From NCBI GenBank assembly GCA_045630455.1, contig JAZQTD010000030.1, positions 50,422 to 114,421 of the forward strand: DNA of 64,000 nt, written 5' to 3'. The notes under the pieces were generated by a model that worked only from the letters and a program-made list of their open reading frames with translations, was not told the DNA's origin and searched no databases. Origin of the DNA: Candidatus Enterousia sp. GTDB taxonomy: Bacteria > Pseudomonadota > Alphaproteobacteria > Rs-D84. A program made the position numbers and the translations under genes. Shown piece by piece: positions 27,978 through 35,274 of the stretch (its first letter is position 1; each line of letters begins with the position of its first letter).

Positions 27978-28306
27978 ATGTTGTCCTTTGTTATACACAA
28001 CATTGATAATAAAAGTGCACAAGTCCAGTGAATAAGATTATCAAGGTTCTTGTCTAACAATATGCATTCGTGCAGTTCCTTGTACACGGATTCCGTGTTG
28101 CCAAAGACCATCCATTCGTGTTGGTGCTGGTACCTGGCCCGGGATAATGCAAATGAATTTTTTATCCAGCTGAACTTCATTATCGATGTAGCAATCTGCT
28201 GAATATGTTCTTTGCTGTGCGTGCGTGGGTTGCGTGCAAACGGTTTTGTCAGATTGATGTCAAGGTACCGAACATCCAGTTTAAGATTTTTAAAGTCGAT
28301 TTTCAT
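27944..28306 (-). pseudogene. ParB-like nuclease N-terminal domain remnant
   Basis: MKIDFKNLKLDVRYLDINLTKPFARNPRTHSKEHIQQIATSI matches the ParB-N motif (..NPRTHS..QI..IA.SI). The remaining sequence has no similarity and overlaps the int start, so this is probably a truncated ParB-N/methylase gene. Confidence 0.4.
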
Positions 28307-28326
28307 TTTTCTTTCCTTTTCTTTCG

Positions 28327-28420
28327 TGCGGCATAATATGCGGCACACTGCGCCGCAGATGCCGCAAGCAAAAACCGCAGAAAACCGCCACTTTGTCAAA
28401 ACAAGTGCGGTCTGCGGTCT
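28327..28420. repeat. cluster of TGCGGC/GCCGCA and CTGCGGT short repeats (iteron/operator-like)
   Basis: TGCGGCataataTGCGGCacacTGCGCCGCAgatGCCGCA ... ACCGCAG ... GTGCGGTCTGCGGTCT, inside a 196-nt intergenic gap. Confidence 0.4.
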
Positions 28421-28502
28421 ATTTTTTAATTCTGTGTGTAGCAAGGTCTCGCGGTTGCCGTTACCCTCAATACGAAATGTCGTCACAGAACCTATTATGT
28501 TT

Positions 28503-29084
28503 TTATGTGAATTTTCCTTCATTCCTTATCCATCCTATGATTTGTGCTATTGTTTTTTCCTGACCCATACATTTGCGTTTCAATGATATTTGCCCGCTTT
28601 CCAGTTGTTCCGGTGTAAATTCATTGAATAGCGGAAATAAATTTGGGTTTCTTTCAATGATTTTTGATAGCGAAAATTCGTTGTCTATATGATATTTTGG
28701 CTCTCGTAATGGACTGAAAGAGGTTGTTAGTTTCTGAAGCAAATCATTCGTGTGGCGTTGCATTTCCTTGCTTTGTTTTATTGTGTTTGTACTGTACTTG
28801 TTATTTGCTATTGCGTCTGATTTCTGTCTGATATCTGATAATGTCTGTTTGATATCTGATGAATTCTGTTCGCCCCAACGTGCCAATCTGTTTGCCGCCA
28901 GCCGTTCACATTTTGCTTTATACTTAATGTCGTCCTCATCTAATTCGGCTTTTATAAATGGCCACACAGCGCTTGAACATTCCATGTCGGGGTATTTCAA
29001 AATCGCCATAAATATGTCGCCGCGTTCTTCGCGTGATATATTTTCCAATAAAAGCGCCCATTTCGGGTTGGCCAGCCGTTTCAT
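28503..29084 (-). CDS. hypothetical protein (island core)
   Basis: 193-aa ORF in the AlpA-to-int operon. No motif recognised with confidence. Confidence 0.5.
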   Translation of the reverse strand: MKRLANPKWALLLENISREERGDIFMAILKYPDMECSSAVWPFIKAELDEDDIKYKAKCERLAANRLARWGEQNSSDIKQTLSDIRQKSDAIANNKYSTNTIKQSKEMQRHTNDLLQKLTTSFSPLREPKYHIDNEFSLSKIIERNPNLFPLFNEFTPEQLESGQISLKRKCMGQEKTIAQIIGWIRNEGKFT

Positions 29085-29093
29085 AACCGTTTC

Positions 29094-29303
29094 CTATTGC
29101 TTGTCGCTTGTACGCTGGAATATGTTGTTTTGTTCAAATTCAGCTATATCTTGTTTCCGATATACAATGCGACCGACACGTTTCAGAAATTTTGGTCCAA
29201 CACCGGTGCTGCGCCATTTTTGTAAAGTATTGCGTTTCAATCCCCACATTTCAGCCAGCGCACGTTCCGTCATATATTCGTCCTTGGATAATATTGTTGT
29301 CAT
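29094..29303 (-). CDS. AlpA/excisionase-family helix-turn-helix protein
   Basis: 69 aa. MTERALAEMWGLKRNTLQKWRSTGVGPKFLKRVGRIVYRKQDIAEF is a MerR/AlpA-type HTH, typical of island Xis/regulator proteins. Confidence 0.7.
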   Translation of the reverse strand: MTTILSKDEYMTERALAEMWGLKRNTLQKWRSTGVGPKFLKRVGRIVYRKQDIAEFEQNNIFQRTSDKQ

Positions 29304-29464
29304 GGTTTGTCCTTTTGTTTCGGGTTTTGATAGGTCTATGTAAAGATATATGCATAAAAAATAACCGTGCGCAATGCACGTTTTTGCGACAAAAAGGAAA
29401 TTAAGTTAGTTTAGGTTACTTTACGGTATAAAAAGGTACGATATAAGTATACTGGTTAGTTTGT

Positions 29465-29917
29465 TTAGTGGTTTAATTTCCAAACCAGCGCATCGATTGC
29501 GTTGGTGTAACGACGACTGGCGGTCTGACGTAACAGCCCGGTCTTTTTGCCAATTTTATTCATTGATAAACCTATTGAGTGCAGAATCAATAATTTTCTA
29601 TCTGTGACACTGTCCACAGAATCTAACCAATGCACCAAAACATTATAAAAATTATCGTGTGTATTATCAAAGGGGGCTATATTTGGGGGCAATTTAACGT
29701 CTGCAATAACAGATTCAAACCATTCGTATCGAACAGAACATTCCGCTGGCCATGTTGCCAACATGTGTTGCCGTGTTTTGTCGTTTTTATCCATTTGAAT
29801 AGCAAGGATGACCGCAGAGTAAATTTGTGCCTCAACGCGCGCTCGTGTCCACTTTGTCTCATCGTCCAATTCTTCAAAAAAACGGTTAAGAATAACACGT
29901 CGATTATTATTTTTCAT
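29465..29917 (-). CDS. hypothetical protein with C-terminal sigma70-region-4/LuxR-like HTH
   Basis: 150 aa. C-terminus reads LLILHSIGLSMNKIGKKTGLLRQTASRRYTNAIDAL. Confidence 0.5.
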   Translation of the reverse strand: MKNNNRRVILNRFFEELDDETKWTRARVEAQIYSAVILAIQMDKNDKTRQHMLATWPAECSVRYEWFESVIADVKLPPNIAPFDNTHDNFYNVLVHWLDSVDSVTDRKLLILHSIGLSMNKIGKKTGLLRQTASRRYTNAIDALVWKLNH

Positions 29918-30109
29918 ACAGAGATCATACCCTATAATCCATAAAAATCAAGAAAAAGCAATAAAGTAAGAAGATTATTTTCAGATGCTCCAAAAAATCA
30001 ATCGTTTGAAAAATTGTGTCGCCGCCAGATACAACACAAAAAACGCATTTTCCTGCCCGCCCCAGCACAGGAATATGGCAAACGGTTTTGAAGTGTTGTG
30101 GGGATGTAC

Positions 30110-31372
30110 TTAACGGAATGACGTATTTTTATTCGGTTTAAACCTCCACGTCATTTCTGTTTTTCTTTTATTACATACCGAAAGATCATGACTTTCCCAT
30201 TTTTTTACTGTTGACCATACCTTATCAAAGAAAAAATCTTGATGTGCTCTTACGGCAAAAAAATCATTTTCTTCTTTGGAACTAGGCACAATATAAACCA
30301 TGGACAAGTTTCCAAAGGTTAAAAAAGCCCATAATTTTGGCAACTGTTGTTTAGATTTTGCTCGTTTCACAAAAACAATTAACTCTGGATATTCACATAG
30401 TTTATATTTTTTCGTTCGTATTTTAACTACTGGCAAAGTTCCCCAAAATTCATCTTTAGTAATCCAGTTAATGGTTTCGGTAAAATTGCCACAAAATAAT
30501 TCTGCATTTATAACGCTTAGAGCATATTTACATAATGTTTTATAAATATTTTGTGGTGTTATTGATAACCCTTTACACACAGGAATAGTTAACAAATCTT
30601 GTAAATGGTTAACAGGGCGTTTTATTGAAATTTTCAACTTTTTATCTAAATCCTTATCATCACGATACATTCTCACTTCTGAGTTAGACATTGTTGGTGT
30701 TCCTGTTTTCCCACACACATTAAAAAAGATACGACTTGGCAATATCCAGTTACCGAAATCCTGTTCTATACCATTTCCAAACTTCTCATTACATGTATCA
30801 CATTCTTCGTTTAGTATTATTTTTTTATTATTTAAAAACTCAGAAAAAGCATGAGCTTTATGCTTAAAACTCACTTCCGGCATAGATTTACCACAAAATC
30901 TGCATCTTCTTTTTTGTCGAATTCTTTCGCCTACTTTTATTTCGTTATCAGCGTAAAAAGAATAATAATTATAATTATCTAAACATTTCATTGGAAACGG
31001 CATTTTTATACTTACACCATTAAGCCGAGCTAAAATTTTGCGAATTTTTATTTCTCGCTTTTGTGGTATTTTACTTATATCAGAACAAACAAAGATATAT
31101 TCATTTATACTACATTCTTCTAAGAATGTCTTCACTGTCCACAGTTGTGGACAATTTGAAATATAATGATTGAAAAAAAACTCAAAATCTTGTTTTTGTT
31201 TCTCAGAATAGCGAAAAATTGGACATTTTAATTTATTGTTTTTTACTTGTAGCCCAAAAAGTTTATATAATTTTAATATAAATTCATACGTTTCTTTATT
31301 TGGTGCTACAGATAAACTGACTAATTTTTGGGTGGACATAAAGCATATAGATATATTGTTTTTACCATTCAT
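30110..31372 (-). CDS. HNH-like (HNH_5-type zinc-finger nuclease motif) protein, otherwise uncharacterised
   Basis: 420 aa, very AT-rich. The central CRFCGKSMPEVSFKHKAHAFSEFL...NEECDTCNEKFGNGIEQDFGNW matches the C..C...H....C..CN..fG..lE layout. The N- and C-terminal regions are unrecognised. Confidence 0.55.
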   Translation of the reverse strand: MNGKNNISICFMSTQKLVSLSVAPNKETYEFILKLYKLFGLQVKNNKLKCPIFRYSEKQKQDFEFFFNHYISNCPQLWTVKTFLEECSINEYIFVCSDISKIPQKREIKIRKILARLNGVSIKMPFPMKCLDNYNYYSFYADNEIKVGERIRQKRRCRFCGKSMPEVSFKHKAHAFSEFLNNKKIILNEECDTCNEKFGNGIEQDFGNWILPSRIFFNVCGKTGTPTMSNSEVRMYRDDKDLDKKLKISIKRPVNHLQDLLTIPVCKGLSITPQNIYKTLCKYALSVINAELFCGNFTETINWITKDEFWGTLPVVKIRTKKYKLCEYPELIVFVKRAKSKQQLPKLWAFLTFGNLSMVYIVPSSKEENDFFAVRAHQDFFFDKVWSTVKKWESHDLSVCNKRKTEMTWRFKPNKNTSFR

Positions 31373-31414
31373 ACCGAATTCCTTATCTTTTTAGCCATTA
31401 TAACATATATTATA

Positions 31415-31687
31415 TTAAGAACCTGTAAACACAATCCCAAACCATTTTTGCATGACGGTCAGGCGGGGTTGATAGTCGTTCGCAGAGTTGATTTCTGTTT
31501 CGTATTCGTGTTTTAGTTGTGCTGACAATCCAAGTTCACGCACCAGGTGATTGCACACACCCATAAGATAGAAGATATTGCCCGCCGGACCGCTCAGGTC
31601 AATGACTAGGCCTGTTTGATATCTCGCCCCCGGCACACCCCGCCGGGCGGCGTGCAGTTTCCGTTCCAGCGCATCAATCGTTTCCAT
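31415..31687 (-). CDS. hypothetical protein (GC-rich block)
   Basis: 90-aa ORF. Its start overlaps the stop of the 177-aa ORF by 14 nt. Confidence 0.45.
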   Translation of the reverse strand: METIDALERKLHAARRGVPGARYQTGLVIDLSGPAGNIFYLMGVCNHLVRELGLSAQLKHEYETEINSANDYQPRLTVMQKWFGIVFTGS

Positions 31688-32207
31688 GTGCGTTGCCTTT
31701 GTTTTTTAATTCCTGCTGAATCTGTGTCCACATCAATTCCAGTTCATCCAGCCCCGTCAGGTCTGATTTCAACCACATTTCTGGGGCCTGCCATACGTCG
31801 TCCTGGGCACAGGCCAGCGCACCCTCCACCAATTTGCGGATGCGGAGGTTGCGTATTTCGTTCTTGATTGCGGACCGGTACAGCATGCGTTTGTCCACCG
31901 TGATGGGGCGTGATGTTGTGCCGGTGTGATACGCCCACCACTTGGCCATTTTTAGTTTGTTCAGCATTGCCACGCGCAGCATCGCCACCCCATAACTCAG
32001 GGGGCCGGTGCCGTCGAATATTTCATCGGCCAGGTGTCGCCCGGCGCGCCCGTTCAGAAATTCCAGGATTTCATCGGCGGACTTTTCGGGGTGAATTTGC
32101 CCCAGGCGTTTAACCGTGATGTCCCAGATTGCGTTTCGGTGGTCTGGGCTGTCATAGTGTGCCGCCAGCGCACCATAGAATCCATGTTGCTTGTTTATCG
32201 TTGTCAT
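31674..32207 (-). CDS. hypothetical protein (GC-rich block)
   Basis: 177-aa ORF, visibly more GC-rich than its surroundings. No motif recognised. Confidence 0.5.
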   Translation of the reverse strand: MTTINKQHGFYGALAAHYDSPDHRNAIWDITVKRLGQIHPEKSADEILEFLNGRAGRHLADEIFDGTGPLSYGVAMLRVAMLNKLKMAKWWAYHTGTTSRPITVDKRMLYRSAIKNEIRNLRIRKLVEGALACAQDDVWQAPEMWLKSDLTGLDELELMWTQIQQELKNKGNAHGND

Positions 32208-32340
32208 GTTTTGCCTCTTGTTTTTTCAACATAACAATGCCAACAAAAAAAGGAATAGCCAGGGAAATAAAAATAATTTGTATTTACTTGAATAAAACGA
32301 AATATACGGCATATAGAACAACAAACCAAAGGAGTTTATT

Positions 32341-32937
32341 GTGATATATGGTTATATTCGGGTTTCTACCGACAAACAGGACTGCGAAAATCAAAAATTA
32401 GGCATTGAATCCAAAGCCAGCGCATTAGGGCTTTGTATTGATAAATACATTGAAGATGCAGGCATTTCCGGCACCAAAGAACCAGAGCAACGCGCATTAG
32501 GCGGTGTTTTGCGACATTTAAATCCGGGCGACGTTATAATATGTAGTGAACTTTCGCGTCTGGGGCGAAAAATGTTCATGATTATGCGAATATTGGAGCA
32601 TTGTATGAAAATTGGGGCGCGTCTTTATACCGTCAAAGATGGCTATGAGTTGGGTGACACTATTCAATCTAAGGTTTTAGCATTTGCGTTTGGGCTATCA
32701 GCTGAGATTGAACGTAATCTTATTGCCCAGCGCACCAAAGAAGCATTGGCGGCATTACAATTACGCGGTGTGAAACTGGGCCGTCCAAATGGCCAAAAGA
32801 ATACTTACCATATCATTGACGGTCATGAAAACTTGATTTTAGACATGTATTCAGCAGGAGTTTCTAAACGAAAAATTGCCAGAACTATCCGGGTCAGCCC
32901 GCCCACAATTTCGCGATTTCTTGAAAGCAGAAAATGA
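32341..32937 (+). CDS. serine recombinase (resolvase/invertase family)
   Basis: 198 aa with a GTG start after AAGGAG. YGYIRVSTDKQ contains the catalytic Ser. Also SELSRLGR, a GLSAEIERNLI E-helix, and the C-terminal HTH SKRKIARTIRVSPPTISRFL. Confidence 0.9.
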   Translation: MIYGYIRVSTDKQDCENQKLGIESKASALGLCIDKYIEDAGISGTKEPEQRALGGVLRHLNPGDVIICSELSRLGRKMFMIMRILEHCMKIGARLYTVKDGYELGDTIQSKVLAFAFGLSAEIERNLIAQRTKEALAALQLRGVKLGRPNGQKNTYHIIDGHENLILDMYSAGVSKRKIARTIRVSPPTISRFLESRK

Positions 32938-33032
32938 CCCTTTAATTGTTCCAAAATTGTAAATAAAAAAACCGCGAAAATCAACCGATTTCAGCAATTG
33001 TTTTTGTGTAACAACAATGTCGTGGTTTAACT

Positions 33033-33713
33033 GTGGCAAAATCTTCGCAAGATTCTTCCAACAAACAAATCGTTTCAAAACGTCGTATTGCCGATCATGG
33101 GGAAGTATTCACGGCCCCACGGGAAGTTAATGCCATGCTGGACTTGGTAAAACAAGAAACCCAGCGCATTGACAGTCGTTTCTTGGAACCTGCCTGTGGC
33201 AAGGGCGCATTCCTGACCGAAATTTTGCGCAGAAAACTGGAAATTGTAAATTCACGCTATCATAAAAGCCAGATTGAATATGAACGATACATGGCATTGG
33301 CCGTGTCCAGCATATATGGCATTGATATTTTGCCCGACAATGTGGCGGATTGCCGTTCTTTGTTATTGGGTATCTGTATCGATAATTATGCCAGCGCATG
33401 TAAATTGAAATGCGAATGTATTCCAACTGATTTTATTGAAACGCTGCGCTTTATTTTAGGCAAAAACATTGTGCTGGGGGATGCATTAACCCTGAAACAG
33501 GTTGACGGTTCAAACGCCCCGATTGTATTCAGTGAATGGTCGTTGGTCATGGGTGACATGTTCAAGCGCCGTGATTTTTATTTCTATTCCTTGGTTGACA
33601 GCGAAATGGGCGGCGAATATTGCCGTTCTGATATGGGTGGCGGCACATGGATGCCCGTGCCTGTGCGTGAATTTCCCCTGACACATTACAAAAGGTTAAA
33701 ATATGCAGAATAA
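33033..33713 (+). CDS. adenine-methyltransferase-like protein lacking the catalytic (D/N)PP(Y/F) motif
   Basis: 226 aa. Motif X-like GEVFTAPREVNAMLDL, SAM motif I LEPACGKGAFL, then IYGIDI. I find no NPPY-type motif IV. GTG start. Confidence 0.55.
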   Translation: MAKSSQDSSNKQIVSKRRIADHGEVFTAPREVNAMLDLVKQETQRIDSRFLEPACGKGAFLTEILRRKLEIVNSRYHKSQIEYERYMALAVSSIYGIDILPDNVADCRSLLLGICIDNYASACKLKCECIPTDFIETLRFILGKNIVLGDALTLKQVDGSNAPIVFSEWSLVMGDMFKRRDFYFYSLVDSEMGGEYCRSDMGGGTWMPVPVREFPLTHYKRLKYAE

Positions 33714-35271
33714 CACATATAACCCAGACGTGTTAAGTTGCCTGGCAAATTTAAGTAATGACGAAGTATTTACACCACCTGCATTGGCAAATCAAATGCT
33801 GGACATGTTGCCAGCGGAATTGTGGTCAAATCCCGATGCAAGGTTCCTGGACCCGTGTTGCAAAAGTGGTGTATTCCTGCGTGAAATCGCGAAACGCCTT
33901 ATTGTTGGATTAGAACATCAAATTCCAGATTTACAGGAACGTCTGAACCACATTTATAAAAACCAGTTATTCGGCATTGCCATCACGGAATTAACATCGT
34001 TGCTGGCGCGACGTTCGGTATATTGTTCCAAGAACGCAAACAGCCAATATTCTATTTGCACCGATTTTAACACCAACAGTGGCAACATCATATTTGAACG
34101 GGTTCAACACACATGGGAAAACGGTCGCTGTAAATTTTGTGGTGCCGTACAAACAGAATATGACCGTGACACCAGCCTGGAAACACACGCATATCAATTC
34201 ATTCACGCAGACGAGGTATTTAATATGAAATTTGACGTAATTATTGGCAATCCACCTTACCAAATGAATGTTGGCAACGATGGCGGCAATAAGGCTAAAG
34301 CCAAAGCAATTTACCATAAATTTGTTGAACAGGCAGAAAAATTACAACCCAAATATTTATGCATGATTATCCAGAGCCGTTGGATGACCCGAACTGCAGA
34401 AGGAGTGCCTGAAGAATGGACAGACAGAATGCTTAATTGCAATCATATAAAAACGATGCATGACTTTGTAGACGCTAACATCTGCTTTCCTGGCGTAGAT
34501 ATAAAGGGGGGCGTTTGTTATTTTCTGTACGAAAAAGATTATGTTGGCAAATGTTCATATTTTTTACACAAAGATTCGAATTCTGCGCCTCTGCTAAACA
34601 AGGATTTCCTGAACGCTAAGGGGATTGGTATAGTTATAAGAGATTTGAATGCACTTTCAATATTATCAAAAATTGAGGGTGTTGAAGGTGCTTATTTAGA
34701 ACAAGAAAGTACGAATTTCTCTGGTCTAGTAAGCCCAAAGGATTTTTTTACCAACAAACAACAACTAACATCCAGTTGGGACCAATATGATGATGTTAAG
34801 TCAAGGGCTTCAGACATAAAATATTATTTAAACAAATCCATGCACAAGAAAGAGTTTGGCTGGATTAACGAAACCCAGATTCCAAAAAATAGGCAAGCCA
34901 TTAAACTGAATAAAGTATATATCACATCCGCTGCTGGCTCTGGAACAGATAGTCAGGTTTTAGGAAGACCTTTTTATGGGGAACCCAACAGCGTTTGTTC
35001 GCAAACATATTTAGTAATTGGTTATGACCCAGATAAACATAATTTCACTCAGACACAATGCGAAAACATAATATCATATATTAAAACCCGTTTTTTCCGA
35101 TATTTGGTGAGCATAAAAAAGAAAACCCAAAATGGCCCCAGGGGTGTTTATCAGTTTGTTCCCATGCAGGATTTTAGCGAACCGTGGGACGATGCCAAGT
35201 TATACAAGAAATATGGCCTGACGGCGGACGAAATCGCCTTTATTGAATCAATGGTTCGACCAATGGAGTAA
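33703..35271 (+). CDS. N6-adenine DNA methyltransferase (Eco57I/gamma-class) with C-terminal putative target-recognition region
   Basis: 522 aa. Reads EVFTPPALANQMLDML, LDPCCKSGVFL (motif I), LFGIAI, FDVIIGNPPYQ (motif IV). Confidence 0.85.
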   Translation: MQNNTYNPDVLSCLANLSNDEVFTPPALANQMLDMLPAELWSNPDARFLDPCCKSGVFLREIAKRLIVGLEHQIPDLQERLNHIYKNQLFGIAITELTSLLARRSVYCSKNANSQYSICTDFNTNSGNIIFERVQHTWENGRCKFCGAVQTEYDRDTSLETHAYQFIHADEVFNMKFDVIIGNPPYQMNVGNDGGNKAKAKAIYHKFVEQAEKLQPKYLCMIIQSRWMTRTAEGVPEEWTDRMLNCNHIKTMHDFVDANICFPGVDIKGGVCYFLYEKDYVGKCSYFLHKDSNSAPLLNKDFLNAKGIGIVIRDLNALSILSKIEGVEGAYLEQESTNFSGLVSPKDFFTNKQQLTSSWDQYDDVKSRASDIKYYLNKSMHKKEFGWINETQIPKNRQAIKLNKVYITSAAGSGTDSQVLGRPFYGEPNSVCSQTYLVIGYDPDKHNFTQTQCENIISYIKTRFFRYLVSIKKKTQNGPRGVYQFVPMQDFSEPWDDAKLYKKYGLTADEIAFIESMVRPME

Positions 35272-35274
35272 GTT

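Noticed and set aside
27944-28522. Full 192-aa track ORF overlapping the iteron-like region.
   Set aside because: The N-terminal 72 codons run through the repeat-dense intergenic region and have no RBS. The ATG at 28306 has an AAGGAAAG RBS and starts exactly at the ParB-N-like similarity.
32208-33032. An invertible promoter or phase-variation switch around the serine recombinase gene, next to the RM module.
   Set aside because: I found only short direct similarities (AACAATG-type) on the two sides, and no inverted repeats of the kind used by Hin/Gin/Piv-type invertases. There is no support for this from the sequence alone.
33033-35271. Reading the two MTase-like ORFs as one frameshifted gene.
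   Set aside because: Each ORF begins with its own motif X plus motif I (GEVFTAP...LEPACGKGAFL and EVFTPP...LDPCCKSGVFL). They are therefore paralogous N-termini, not two halves of one protein.
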